Below are positions 12,901-27,900 of a stretch of DNA of 64,000 nucleotides, in pieces; within the stretch, counting starts at the first letter, position 1; every line of letters starts with the position of its first letter. Origin of the DNA: Phoronis australis (Eukaryota; Animalia; Phoronida); the NCBI GenBank assembly GCA_002633005.1, contig NMRA01000139.1, positions 558,001 through 622,000 on the forward strand, read 5' to 3'. A model generated the notes under the pieces. That model was not told where the DNA came from, searched no databases, and saw nothing but the letters and a program-made list of their open reading frames with translations. The translations under genes and the position numbers were made by a program.

Positions 12901-15900
12901 TACAAACTATCGTTTCATGCGAGATTATTTAGGATATGTAATGTTGCTGCTACAGAAGACAATTTCTAGCAGAACAAGTAGTATATTTTACAAACACATG
13001 CATATGTTGGATGACTCCCAGGCATGTGCTTAAGATCGGGTTTCATTCTTTTTAAGTGGGTCTCTGGCAATGCAAACACTGTTACTTTATCTTGTTTCAT
13101 TCCCATTCAATTAAGGTGTGTATTTATTTCAGATCAATAGATACCTTTGAAAGGTAAAAACTGAAGCTTTACTATCATTAGTATAAAGCGTTAGTCGTTA
13201 TTGTGTCAGATTGTAAGAACGTTTGTTTTTGAAGGTTCTAGAAAAGCTTTCGGCAACGACTTGGCCATTTGTGATACTGTTTTTACTGCTGAGATTTCTT
13301 GAGCGTGACTAGGCGCAAATATATAGCAGTAGTGACCAATGATTTTCCGTTTTGTTTATTGGATACGTCGAATTATACTTTTACTTATAACGCAAATATA
13401 AACCCTGACGCTGTGGTTTACTTTCATAACACTTGGAGTTTAGCAACTACACACCGCTTGTTATTATGTTTGTAGCCTACGTAAATGGAAGCGTGGCGAA
13501 TGTACGCGCAGGATGCAAAGTACTAAAAACGGAGGGGAGACATAAGTGTATTCACACTACGCCCCTCGATCGGCACGAAGTCAGGTCGCCCAGTTTCTCA
13601 CATAACTCTCCCACCTCATCGCCGCCATCATTGTCCTTTAAATCAAGTACAGGGTGCTTTACAAATGTCCTCATACTTCAGTACAGCATCGTTAGTTCAA
13701 ATTCAGTTCCCATGAATCTGACTCTGGGCTTGGGCTTGCGTAAACCGTCGCGTTCTCTGTATGCACGGGTATGGAAAACAAACGAAAATTTATCAAGCAA
13801 TTGCCACTGGAATTTCAAGAACGTGAAGAAAGTACAAGACAATTAATTTTCTTTTTCCATTACATTTATTCTGGTTTAAATACTTAATTCCAGCTTTGTT
13901 CACCTCTTTATAGATTTTAATCAGAAACCTTATTCAGAGTAAGCAACGTAGTTATGGTTGCCATTTGACATGTGAGTTCAATTTTGGGACACCCTGTATT
14001 CTCTCACCAGTCACCGATTCACTCCCCTCTCTTTAGCTCCATGCTGCTGACGTCACCACTCCCCCCATTTGCTAACAAACCAAAAGTAAGTGTTCAATCC
14101 AATAGAAAGAAATATTAAGTGAAGAGTCTTTTTCACTGATAAAATTCAAACATTTCTCTGTTTGTGACGGGCACGTGATCAATTGTTAGTCTGTCACAGA
14201 TGCTGTCTAGTAAAGTAACAATGACCCCGTCACGTCTTCTAATTAGACATCTCGTAGGAAACTTCTCATGGACATTGTGACATCTACATATCAAAAATAT
14301 ACCAGGACAACATCAGAGGGCAAGTACTGGGTAATGACTACGCGAAGAAACAAGGATGTCAGCAAAGTGTACGACCGGTCAAACATTTTGACTTCATAAT
14401 AGTGAATAACATCAAAACCGTTACAACGTGATTGATGGGAGCAGGATGCGTATTTTGGTATTTATTATGTGGGGGGGGGGGGNGGGGTAGAACATACATG
14501 TTAAACGAAACGGCTCTCGAGGATTGACAATGGTTATGATATCTGGGCTGAGTCACATATCAGAGTTCAGTAATGATTGCGCATGTGATATTCACCAGAA
14601 ATCGCATTTCTTTTAGTCACTGAAGTCAGATGGTTTGATATTAGTGCACGCTCTGACCGTTGAAATTAATCTTGTGGTCATATGAAACTACTAGAAAGAA
14701 CACGACTGCAGTCATGGTAGCGATGGCGGAAATACGGGGTTTTCATGCTGTGCTGATGAGGGCGATACAGTTTCTTTTCTTATAGGGAAACAAACAAAGA
14801 ATACGATGTTGATGCTGACATAGTTAACCAACAATGATGAAATGGTGACGATGATGACAATAGTAGCGGTAATGATGACAATATTGGCGGTGACAATGGT
14901 GAAGATGATGATAATCATCATAATGACGATAGTCATGATGACGATGACGCTTTTGTGACCACCACGGTGATTACGGTGATGGTAATGATGAGATGGTGGT
15001 GACTTTGATGACGATGATAACTGTGATGACAATGGTGACGTCATTCTAAGAAGTCATGACGATAATAGTGACAATGAAGGTGATAATGGATTGATGACGG
15101 TAATAAATGTTGTTGATGACCACGTCAATGACAAGGACTGGTTGTGTAGATGTTCAGACCAACAACCCGAAAATACGAATATCTCTGTCTTTTCCTAATC
15201 CTACCGGAGTCTGTTTGCGTTCAATCAATCTACAGTGGGTTGAAGTGGTTTTTACTTTCAGGCTTCGGAGTTTCGTGCATTCTTTTTGAAACACGTTCAT
15301 CAGAGTTACCTAAACCACGACCCACCACGAAGTGATCTTGTCAGCGTAATGTTGAACAACTACCGCACACAGACACGTTCTGTCATACGTCGCTGTCGTT
15401 TTCAATACTGGGAGTCGTTTAACGTGTTCAAAGGCGGATTTGGGTATTCTGTAGTCGCCCTCTTGCTGACAACTCGTACTGTTAGACGGTAGTGATGAAA
15501 AAAAAAATCGTCTGCTGAGATGGAGACACATCGTTGCTAAGGCAAGGGTTTGAAATGCAATCAGTGACAAATAACATGCGATTGAAAACGCTCAGGAAAA
15601 GACCGGGCCGACGCCAACACGTAATTTTTTTATACGAATTCGGCACTCAGTTACCTGTAGTCAGAGGAGACTGATGAACGCAACTTTCAAGGCGTTTCTA
15701 TTTTTGATAGCGGAATTAGCGTTTTTGTTTAGTCTACTTACAGAAGATACAAGCATCCGAATGAAGAAAACACAAAACAGACATAGAAAATAAAATGTGA
15801 GAAATTCAATTGCGCATATTTGAGTTAAAGTCTAAAATCTGTGATTTAAACTACTATAGAGGTGTTGCTAAGCCAGTCTTTAGCCCGGCGTCGGTGAAAA

Positions 15901-18900
15901 AATGTCTGAACATCTGCAAGTCATTTTTATGAATCAATATCTAGTCAAATAAGCAGGTGAAGGGTGGTTCATATATTAACCCTGTATAAACGGCCTACAA
16001 ATGAACTGCTTTCGCAAATACTGGAAATCTCACGCGCTCGCCTCAGGCGAGGAATCCACCTACTACTGACAACCAATTTGCATGCGATACTATTGATTCC
16101 GTCTTCCGTTTAACCAATTTGGAAACAGTGCAGTTTTACTTTCGCTAACGGCCTGTGTGCGTAATGTTGATGGTAGAAATTAGTGGAGATTACGTAAGGT
16201 TAACTAATAATCGGTAGACAAACTGCCACGAGCAAAAACGACTACATGGAAAATAGCAACATCCTGAAGTATCCATTGGAGGGCGCTACAATCACCGTTC
16301 ACATGTCACAAAATCCCACAAGTCGCCGGAACGACGTTTGTTTGTTATTTGTAGGCAAAATCGAAAAAAGATCGGTCATGTTCGACTCAAGGAGAGTGTA
16401 ACTATTAAGGCAACGGTGGAGAGGTTCACTAAGCTAACGGAGTCGTAAGCTTGGTTGCAATATCATTTGACACTGCGAAACTTAATGGCAACCGCGTAGC
16501 CAACGAAAATGTTCGTGTTATGTCTTAGCTGAAATCGTTGTATCCCACACTACTTTCCGGAATTTGTCAGGCCGAAAACATGAAATCACTGAAGTAGCGT
16601 ATCAACACCACATCACAGCAAGAAGAAAACCTCAACAGTCCCGGCAGTAGGGGACGGTTCTCTTTTGATGAATAATGCGTATCCATAGTTACGGTTTCTT
16701 AACGCTTTCATTGTTTTGGCTTCTACAGTTTTAAACGCGCGCCATGAAGTATGTTCCGGTGTCAAAGCGATTTCTATTTCCCTGCACAATGACGTGGAAA
16801 ACCGGCATGAAGTCTTAAAAACACCCAGCAATTCCTGTTGTGACGTAACAGATTAGCACTATGACGGCAAGGGAAGAGGGACCAAAATCCGCCTTCATTC
16901 TTGTCCCGCAAAATGTAAACTTGTTACAATAGAACGCTCGAACTTCCCCCCGACGGCCACGCTGTACAGCGACTGTCGCCAGCCCGCCGTGACAAGCAAA
17001 TTTAATGGACCTGAAGCTAAGTCGAACTGGCAGCTCTTTTTAAGCCTAAAACAGTTCTAAACTGAGTAAGGAAACACAATAAGACCAACTGTGTGTAGTT
17101 TAATGATCTAAATCAAAAGGTGGTTTATTGCTGTAACATCGGTTTCGTGTAAAGGTTAAATGAGTTGCACTCACGGCGTCCTCTGCTCCATGGAGGAATC
17201 ACCGGCCCGAAGTGAAAACGTATTCTAATGTAGTCAAAAAGCTACTTTAACCTGAGTCGTCTAGCTGCAGGGAATGTAGACTCATGCAAAATTGTCACTT
17301 ACTGTGCAACGTGTACCTGTTACAGTGAACATTACATTTTGAAGCACAGAATTAATTATAATCCTTTCTTGGTATTATCTTTCAACTAATTTTCCCCGCG
17401 AATTCTCTTGCTATGCGTGATAAACGCCTTCTGTTTTTCGTTTTCCAATCGGTCTTTCTATAAATTCCAAGTTTTCTTCATTTTTTTCCTTTACAACAAT
17501 GATTTTCTTCGTTTTCTCACACCTCTCGTTCCCCATATGCATCATCTAAAGCTGAACCTCTTCCGACACATTTTTGCACACACCAATTTGTTTTTTATTT
17601 TCTTCCATTTTCATTCTCCCTCACTACGTCACATCCGTTCTTTCGCTGACCACGCCTTCTTAGTTAATTACTCCGATTGTCTTTCCCTTTTAAAATTCTG
17701 GTTGTTTTATTAACTTTCGTTCCCAGACACCTCTCTGCTCGTCTTACAGCGGTCTGTCTAACCTCTATACATTAGATCATCAGAGCCTCGTTTTGTCCAG
17801 TCACGTGCATTGTTACTTCCTCTTCTGTGTTTCACGTTTTTTTGAAACTTCACCTACCCTTACAATTATTTCAACTCCTCTCTACCCTTTTTACCTACAT
17901 AGTTTCATCGCCGCTGTTCAGTTTTGCTAGATGATGGTTTTTGTTTAATCTGATTTTTTGGTTAACTAAAATATCTAAATTTCTTTTTTCTTTCGAAGTA
18001 GCTGGAACCATTTGTGCTAATTGCACTAAATATTCCAAGGGAGGCAATCGACCTCTCACACGTTCCGCAACACTGTTTTAGTTTTGCAAACTGCTGTCCA
18101 TGTCTCATGGCCCTCTTCTTCTGAACTCAGTCCTTCTGTCATAAACCGCAGCTTGTTTACGGTCTTCATGAGGCACGACGGTCGCGTGCTGTGCACAACG
18201 TGTCTTTGAGCTTATGCGATTTGCTGCAAAAGCGTCTAAGAAGTGCATCACATGAGAAGAACTGGAGTTCGCGTGCAAGAAAATAACTGCAAATAACGCC
18301 AACGCGGTCCGTAAGGAACTCAGATTGTCCATCAGTTGTAGAGTACCACATCATTTCTTAAAAGTGTCCCCAAGGCATCTGATAATCCTTTCTGTCTAGA
18401 CAATTTGCTCACTGAAATTGTCACAAGTTGTTAGCCTTGTTTGGCTAACATCAATAACCGTACTTTGTAAACACCTATCAATTGTGGTATCAGACCACCT
18501 ACCCTTCAGTCGCATCCAAGCCATTTGAATACGCATAAAATCTGGAATCGCGTGCATTATCGAATTTATGAGCGAAACACGTTCAGCGCGAGCATGCGTA
18601 GTTTTCATGTATGCCAACCGGATGTCAATTTGCAGTAGTACTGTATTAGAATCGCCGAGAGGCATAATACCAGATGATTAAAATTATTTAAAGGTACATC
18701 ATTGTAATACTTTAGTTGATAAGCCATGCATATTTGTATAAAACTAACGTATGTTGATGGCTATCAGTACAGCATGTAAATATATTGAAATCTACATGTA
18801 CACTTAACAACATACAAGCACAACATTACTCAGTTGCCTAGAATACTTGGGCACAGGATCTAATCTCTGAACACGGTTTCGACTAGCACATTATTGTAGC

Positions 18901-21900
18901 ACAAATTTGTAAATTTTCTCGAAGCGTATCGTGGAATTGGTCAAATTTTCGTGCAGGGTTTTCAGTTCCTGGCTTTGGACTAAAGTCTTATAGTGTTGCT
19001 ATAACAGGACATGCTCAATTCTCGTATAAGAACGACGGACATTGTTTATTGAATTATAGGTGAAAGCATTAGCTATGATTTTCTTATAAGAGAACCATTT
19101 CCAATCGCATATATTATTGTAGCACAAATCCCATCGATCATTTATAAAGGTTCCACGAACCGCCAGGGCAATAAAAATATTTGTCGGACGTTTGATTTAG
19201 AAAATATTTTGTTTTCTTCAGATATTGATTGAAATATCACGTTTGATTAATCTCTTCGAAGGTTTAAACGATGTTTACGGTTAAAGCATGTAACGTAATT
19301 AAGACACCGTTCTTTGTTTTCTTGTTTGTTTGTTGTTGTTACTATCATGCGTTGCTAAACGTCCAGCTTATCTTGTGTAGAAATCATTTGAAGAATAACA
19401 GAACTGAATGAGATCTTGAGTTAGTAAGTGCGCCTTTAGAAATATCAAACAGCATCTTAGACAAATTACACAAAAGACACGTGTCCAAGTGCAGATTCCG
19501 GACAGGAGTGTTATTTTTGTAGGGTTTCAATAATATTTTATAGACTTAAAGCAAGTCATTATGCAGGCTTCGACAATTGTTAGGAGTTGTTTTGCAATGT
19601 TGAAAATAGCCTCGCTCCGGCCGCCAAGCACGCAGTCCGCATCGGAGCTGACTATCCAGTTTGCCATTTACAATCGCATTTTAAAAACTTCTTAATTGAC
19701 CAAGCATATGATATAGGACCAGAACCCTTAAGTGTGTACATTGTCAGACGCTTTGCACTTTTGCTGATGTAAGATTTAATTATTTTCAGAAATATATGTG
19801 TGGAGCGTAAGAACAAATTTTTCACTTTTGAATTTTGAAGTAACTTTTCATGAAAAACACCCCTGGTCTGTGAAATTTCAGTTCACACAGTTTTAGAAAT
19901 ATATAACGGTAAATAGAGAACGAGAAATTATGCGTAACACGTTCCTACGTATTGGAACTTTCCACACAAGATGGCGTCGTTATATTTTGAATCTAACATT
20001 TCCGATTGAAAACACAGCCTACCACTGCGTCAGGCTTTGCTGCAGCTTGTGACCTAGGAACTGATTCCCTCAAAAATACTCAAAAGGCAGTGAACAGAAT
20101 TTACACTTTGTTTTACATTATTACCAGTTGAAGGTAATCGATATTTCCCAAGATTCGATCGCCTGTTGTAGTAAGATAACGCTCCTCCGGGACATTCCTG
20201 TTTCTTGATTATCAGCAAGCAGACGCCTGGCCATCGTCTTCGCGGTTGTTCCACTACAGAATCTGACGCATGTCAGCGTATGCACACAATGGGCTTGTAC
20301 TTTCTTACTGGTCATCGTTTTCGCGAAATCTCGTTGGAGAAACAGCCTTGAAAGGGTCATTCGGATGCAACCTCGTCCCCAAGCCTCAAGATGACGCTGA
20401 TCAGTTTAGCCATTTAAGGCTTTGTTATGGAAAGTAATATGTTAGAATTCTGACACATTTTTACGGAAATCGCCGGAATATCACGAGTAATATAAAGTTA
20501 TATCAACTTTGCAACTTTGAAAATTTCTTCAGTATATTATAAAAATGTAAACTAACGGTATATTGCAGCAATTTAGGTCTAAATTATTGCAAAAAATATG
20601 TACTTAGATTCGAAAACAGATTAATTTCTATGATACTAGTAATAAAAAAAGAATTGGAAATAAGTCCGCCAACAAAGGCCATTTCAAACAATAACAAAAC
20701 AATGCGTTATGCTTCATGAATGGCAGCAACAACGCTTGTGAAAGTAATTTGTTTTAATAACGTCAAGGCAGTGGCCAATCATTGCGAAAACAATAATTCC
20801 CATAACCAAGCCTCAAGTGGCTAAACCGATCAGCGCCATCTTGAGGCTTGGGGACGAGGCTGATTCGGAAGCTCGATTTCCGGAAGAAGTAAATGGCAAC
20901 GACGGTTTTCAGAGTCACTCGAGATTTTGGAAAGAACAGTGAGCACAATGCTAGGTGGCACACGTATGGATATCTATCTCATCCAGCACATGATAGGAAG
21001 CTATAGCAAAACAATATAAACAGTAATCGTCATCACGAGCACTTTTGCTGCTCCTCGTAATGTCTCTCACTCACTCAGCACGCGCTTTTGAGAATACCAA
21101 CTTGCGCATTGGTACAAATAGCGCAGATGAAGTCGCCTAATTTTTCGCAGATTTGGACCAAAATCTAAAACTGAAAAAGATCAACGGTAAATTGAAACTG
21201 CGTCGAATCTCCCGTGAGGGCCATGAACTCTGCAATGAACGATCACGAAAAAACAGACGGTTTAAACTTAACTGTCTTATTTCCACATCAATTCACACGC
21301 TACCTGTTGTAACCATATGCAGGTATCAAAGCGATCATTTGTAGCATATAAATAATAACTAGACATTAGCAATAATCGCTCTATGCTATAATTTGAACAC
21401 TGTTGTAATATTTTCTTTGATATTGTCGCCACGTATGTTTGGTCGGTGAACATTTTGACAGCGCGTGAGATTTCACACCACCTGTCCGTCCATTAGTCAG
21501 TATTTGCTATAGGAACAGGAGACATGATTATAAACGGAGAGTCATGTTTTACACAGGTGTCCGTAATCTGCATTATCTATTATCTCTCTCGGTGGGGGTT
21601 TAGGCAAACACGGTACATTCATCGCTCCCCCTGCCATTGTCGAAAGCTGTTTTCTTTTTCACAAAGGAGAACTCGGGTATGGAGACTGAGTTGCCTGAAA
21701 AATTGACGGTGAAAATTGAAAGTTTTGATTGTGGTTGACACATAACTTTGAAAACGCGAATGTTTTCTTTGAATCAAACCACCATTGGTAAATTTGTTTT
21801 GCATGTTAATTATACAGGTGAAAGTGTGTTTGCTTTGTCATGAGAGATGTCATCAGTGGGTCAAGTGGGGGCGGTACAGTAAACGAGACTGTGGGAATTT

Positions 21901-24900
21901 CTCTAAACATTCGTTGCAACATCGCTATGGTTCTTCTGCGAGATAAGGAACAAGACTTTTTTCCGAATTCCAATGGCCTCCAATTGCTACACAGTGAGAA
22001 TTCGCTTGAGATCTTTACGATTTCCCAATGCCGATTTCCACATAAATTTATGCAACAAAATGGCGCCTTTGTTGCACTTCCACTGATCAGTTGGTAAACA
22101 CGCAAGTGGTCTCTTGGTCTGAAGACCGATTTACGTCTCCAATTTATGTAGATTTAAAACACGCAGAGAAGGTATATGCTCTCACAAAGGCAAAATTACT
22201 CCAAAATTGTCGCACCATTTTTTCAAAATTGTGAGCTTTTCTGACTCATAGGTTGTCACACAACTTGTCAATGTAAAAACGTTAGTATTAACAACGCTGT
22301 GGCGGTGTAAATCCGGCACCTACTTCTGTACCCAGTGATATGTGTCTTCATTTGAGACTTTGCAGACACCAAGCGCCAAGAGCAGCATTGGTTGTCTTTT
22401 TAATGATCATCGCTATCAATATTTGTAGTTTTGGTAAGGTCAATTTCTTTATGTGAAAAGAAATTATCGGCGAGAAAAGTAAATTTCTGAAGTCAGCCTA
22501 AACCTCCGGAAGCGACCACGCGACAGAGTATTTTAAGCGTATTTAACTGGCAAAGTCACAGACCTTGATCTCAGCGGATGTCTGGCAGACAACTGGAAGA
22601 ATTAGCGATTTGTAACAGAATCGCAAAAAATGTTTTATAACTCTGGTCAAAGCTCGTAACGCCAAGACATCTATCCTATCCGACAATAATGCGTTTCTTC
22701 GGCCGTAAAACTGATCACTCATTTTCATAATGATATTCGTGCACGTTTGTTAAACTGTGCTCGTGACTGCTCACACTTGTACAGAATGTATTTGTTGTCA
22801 GAGCATGTTCGTTTCTTAAATGAGTTAGAACACTCCATTGGGGGGGATAGAATACTATTATGGCTCTTCACCCATTTTCTTTTGGAAAGAAAAATACAAA
22901 ACTAGTTGATCGAGCCTTTTCTTCCGCCAACAGAACTGCATTTCCTGTCAATGAATTGGAGGACCAAGTAGACAGTCGTTATAGAATTAATTTGTGCCCG
23001 TGTACTTGTATATAAAGTGGAACTTCAGTGTGACCTGTTACCGAAAACGATTGGAACAGGTGCGACGTTGCGAACATGCCCCACATTCCTCGCAGCCAAC
23101 GCTACATATGTTTGTATATACTTAATCATATCTTCCAGAAGTTTCACAAACGAGTTTTGCGAAAAGTATAAGCAAAGTGGCAGCCATGGAAATATATGCG
23201 TTTTGTCTTTTGCTGCTATACGTGGAACAAGCTAAACAACAACGGTTCCAAACGTTAAGATACATTCTTCGCAATCTTGCCTGACGAGTGAACCCCCTCT
23301 CAGCTGCTATGGATTGATGAACGGAAATGCTTTGAAGTTTACCTGAAATGCAAGATGAGATTCTGTAATTGCAAGTATCATCAGTCATTAAATATTTACG
23401 GAGTGCCGGCGTGCGACGCTGAAGTACACACACACTGTATTATTAGAATTACTGTTTTTGAGTTTAAACGTTGTTGCAGTATTAAAGAAGCTCATATAGC
23501 CAAGACCAAGCCAACAGGGGGTGCGGGGGTGCGGGGGGGGGTAAACGTGATGGTCAGACTAAGTAAAGAAACGTAACAATCGTCAAATTGAGTCGCTGGA
23601 GCCGGGCCATGTAAGGCTTCGAAGCCACTGATCAATCAATGCCAGCAGAAATACAAGTTTCCTTCTAAACAATTTACGTTATTACCACGTAGTTTACTCA
23701 GTTACATGCACATTCATGTGTGGTCGCTATATCGCCAGATAATTTGAAAGAAGTCGATTCAATATCGCCATGTGCAATTCGAGCTAAATCCATGCTAAGT
23801 CAAATCGAGTTAGCCTTTCCTTAAACTAATTGGGCGATATGTAGTTAACGGTAAATGGCTAGTCTAACCTTTCTGCAATCACAACTGATGGTAATTAAAT
23901 TGATGTATATATTATCCGGGTTCCAGATGAGATATCTTTGTTTGCCTATGCTGAAGCGCCACCACGGTGCGAGATGAGACTTGATCAAATCGACCATGCT
24001 CGGAGTGATTAAACGCAAACTCAATAGATGGTGTCGTGGGTTGCGTTTTCCACCACGCTCGTGAATGATTTGATTTCTGTTCCGAGTAAACTTCAGTTGT
24101 ATACTCCAGAACACTGAGCATTCTGAAGAGTACTGCAATTGCAGCTTTATTCAAAACACCTCTGAACGGCACAGCTTATGACCTCCGGGTCGAAATACTC
24201 AACTGTACATATCTATTTAAGTTCTTGAAATTAATTTCTTCACCATAACCTCAACTTTAAAACAATCGCAGCCTGACTAGTTTAAAGTCAAGTTAGAACG
24301 AGCCGTGAATGACCTGATCCAGGAAAAATACACATTGCCCAGAACAGTGTGCTCCGCCCGACAGTGGGTCACTGCTGCCCATCGATTTTGTATGGGCTTT
24401 GTGATTTTTAGATTTCGTGATGATCCTAAATGCACGACACCACGGTTTTGTCCACTATTGTGAATATTTAAGTAGGTGGAGTAGGCAAACCAATTGTTTG
24501 TTTCCAATATAAGTGGCCAGAAGAGTATGACCTTTTAATATCACTATTTTGTCAAAAGATTTCGTTTGGATTGTTGGAAGGTTTGAATTATGCTACTCCC
24601 GAAAAAATGATGATTGACAAGCACTCGCTTTTATTTCTGGCAACAAGTACCCTCAATTTTTGAGCACATTGAAATTGCCCACGGTGTCGGAAAATCATGA
24701 AGTCCACCCCAGGGCCAGTATATATATTTTTGTTAGCCTCGTTGCGAATAAAAAGGAGATAGCTTATCACGATTGATCCTATCGTCGATCACCAGGAATA
24801 TCAGCCGAAAATCCAGGCATAAAAGCCAATTCCATGATGAACAAAGCGAAAGTTCCTCTGTCCAAACAACGCAGCAGCAGTAAAATTTCGAAGGCGAAAA

Positions 24901-27900
24901 ATATCACGAGCTGTTTGCGACATTAACTTAATATTTAAAGAGAAATGTGTATTATGTTGTCTGGTCCCACAGAGCCCAATGTAAAAATCGGGTGTTTGCT
25001 CCAACTAGTTCACAACCACGCTTGCGCATGCCTTACGCATGGCCACGTCGAAACAGCGGACACGCCGCGTGTTTATACGAGCAACGAGTATGTGGTATCC
25101 ACTTGGACGCCAAATTCCACCAAGAGAGAATGCCGTCAACTTTGCGACATTTCGTGACTACAGAAACAGAACGAACCAGACGGTCGCGAGGATGCTTCAA
25201 AAAGTTTGAGACCATGAACTTGTAAAATATGATATAAGCTCCCAACTGCAGCATCCCATCAATACACAAATTATATTTTTGTGCGGATTGTTTAAGAAAG
25301 TCATGCGTCAACATTCCTGCTTAGCCCCTAACCACCCCACGTACTGTGAACACCGATTGTGTGGTAGGTCTTTCATGAGGTTACGGTTGGCAATGCTTGA
25401 CTGAGAAATCCGTAGGAAACCTCATCAGCTACTTATTTTTGTATGAACGTTGTCGGAATCAACATTCGCATGTTTTTGCTCAACATTCAAGTAAACATGA
25501 CCGAAGTTCTACCATTACGTAGAACGGTATTGCGAACGCTACAACTCGATACGGCAGTGTAGGCAAACGCCAAGAGGAGATAACATACCCCTTGTCTGCT
25601 ACAAACGATTACGTTAGTGTCTCTGTAAGGCTACGTGGATACCGGAGATTTCCGAAAGAGTCTCCACCCACATGAAACCCCCACGAGGCTCTTTTGGTAA
25701 TAAGAATCGAAAAAGCCTCCACGAGGACTCTTTCGTTATCGTATTGCATTTCAGGCAATAGAAAAATTATAGAAAAAGTGGCAAAACGTTACTATTTACT
25801 CAATTATATTTCTTAAGAGGTCTGTTGGAATATTTTAAGTTAAACACTGACTCGCCAGCGGAGGTGCCACCTGCCTAATCGTTTAGTATCTAAACTACCG
25901 ACGACATGAAACCTGGCTGGTAAACGCCAGGTCCATTCTTATCAATTAAGTGATTGTCAGATAGAAACGAGTCACCGCTTCCGATGCCAAAATCACTGAG
26001 CTGAATGTTCTCAGTTCAAGAGCACTCGCTACTTCGTGCAGCCGTGACTTTTAAAGCAATTCGGCTGTTTAGTGATGACGTGCAAGGCAGTTGATGACGC
26101 AGTTTGGACCTGGTGTGACTACACATGCGTCACACTGGATCCAAAACGTCATAATGCTAATTTTCCGAACGACTCCCAAAACGATTTCCCGAAAGCGGTT
26201 TCCTGTGGTTTTTTGTGGACGCAAAATCACACCGGGAAATGGACGTTTCCGAAAGAGCCAGGTACACGTGCGCTTGTGCGAACTAACCAGCGACACCTCC
26301 CAGTGATTCTGTTTGGAGCCACTGAAACACGGCGGGTATGTGTTGATGTGGCGTGTGTGATTGTGGCAGCTAATGGCAGATAGTTTTGATGGGATATGCC
26401 CACGGTTGTTTCCGGTTCATCCCCTAGCGGTGTACGTAACCATGCCTACGGGTCGTTAACTTTTCAACATTCTCCAACCTCAAATGGTTGATTTCTCCGA
26501 ATGACTGTATGCTGTTGGGATCACATTTCAACATGTAACGTACTGGTATGCATAGTAATGCTCGTTTCATGGCATATTACTCAACTCAATTGGAGGTATC
26601 ATGTATGACTTACTCGGTTTAGAGAACTTTAACTGTTGACGTACTCTTAAATTCCTTCTAAATCATTAAAACAGTCATTGAGGTGCAACTGAACATACAT
26701 AACGATCAGTTTGGAATAACAAAGCAATTAGGAAATTAGATTTAGCGTATCGATACTGGCTGGTACTCATATTGGTAAAATACACTACATTGTTTGTTAA
26801 TTGCAACTTATTGGATCATGTGGAATTTCCATACAGTTCGGTTGTACTTTGTGATTTAATAAGGTATACCGGGTACAGCGGGTACATATGACTAATTTCC
26901 TTTTTGGTCGTAAAGTATATTTTGAGGAATCTGGTTTCAATGAGACGGGAAGGGCCGCTTTTGCCCTGTTTATTCCCAAGCAAATTTGACATTGTGCATA
27001 ATCGAGCAACAGGAGACATCACCTATACCCCACACAGTTTTTAGGGGTAATGTATGCGGCTAACCTTTTCCCTCAATTTAGTCTGAATCCGAGCACATTT
27101 ATTAGAGAAATTAGCTTGCTTGCTCAGAAAGTGTCAATTGTTTAGCGTTACGTTTCTAATTGTCATGTTAGTGTGAATAAGTGCACGAATCAGGGATTCA
27201 AGCTGAACAGCTTCAACAAAAAAAAAAAAAACGCTGGTCGAAGCAACACCTCAATTGAACTAGCCTAGAAAAACTTGTCATTTTACCCTCAGACGTTTCT
27301 CGCTTAATTTCTGAGCGGGAATCCAATTTTTCGGTAAACTGTCGATCTAATTGAGTATAATTTACTAAAATTTGTCCCATCGTCGGAGACTTCTAGTTGC
27401 ATGTCTATCGATCAACTGAACGCGGTCAATACTGTTACTTTGCATGCTTGATTTTCTAACTATGGCGTTCAGAATGTTGATTCTATGTGAAATCACGAGA
27501 AACATTCAGTGACTTTTCACAATTTTACATTTGTTAGCGAATTTACTGCAGTTGTGCGTGCGAAGAAAACACATTTGTGTCTACCCATCAAGGGAATTTT
27601 AGCCGTTCGTGAAGTTTGTTCACGCTTCAATAATTAACTTTTAAAGATGGCCTTTACTTCACATTCCCCAATTAAGAACACAGTCTCAGTTTCGCCAATC
27701 GAATGATATCACTAAAATACAAAATATTTCGCAACTTTCAGCCCCATTTGTATTTGCGTTATTTTACTATCAATTGCTCAAGGATTTTTAAAAACTGGTT
27801 GGGATTTCCGCAGAAAACTCATTTCGCATGGCGGGAGTTGAACGAGTACCCATAATGCACGAGTCAGCGGTCACTCACTCCGGCGGCCATTGTAGGTAGT

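Noticed and set aside
14041-14091. ATG...AAA|GTAAGT candidate first exon (MLLTSPLPPFANKPK)
   Set aside because: Phase 0 and no hydrophobic core.
14470-14487. Long G run containing an N
   Set aside because: Homopolymer with an unresolved base; an assembly uncertainty, not interpretable.
14712-15044. His/Ile-rich hydrophobic ORF on the minus strand
   Set aside because: Translation of a degenerate trinucleotide tract.
15286-15492. ORF ending in a hydrophobic patch (GFGYSVVALLLTTR) as a fifth leader exon
   Set aside because: No strong phase-1 donor; only weak GTACTG (phase 1) and GTAGTG (phase 2) sites.
24801-25314. Minus-strand ORFs with CIDG and HFSLNIK, vaguely like a Harbinger transposase
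   Set aside because: Motifs are too short and wrongly spaced, and no TIRs were identified.
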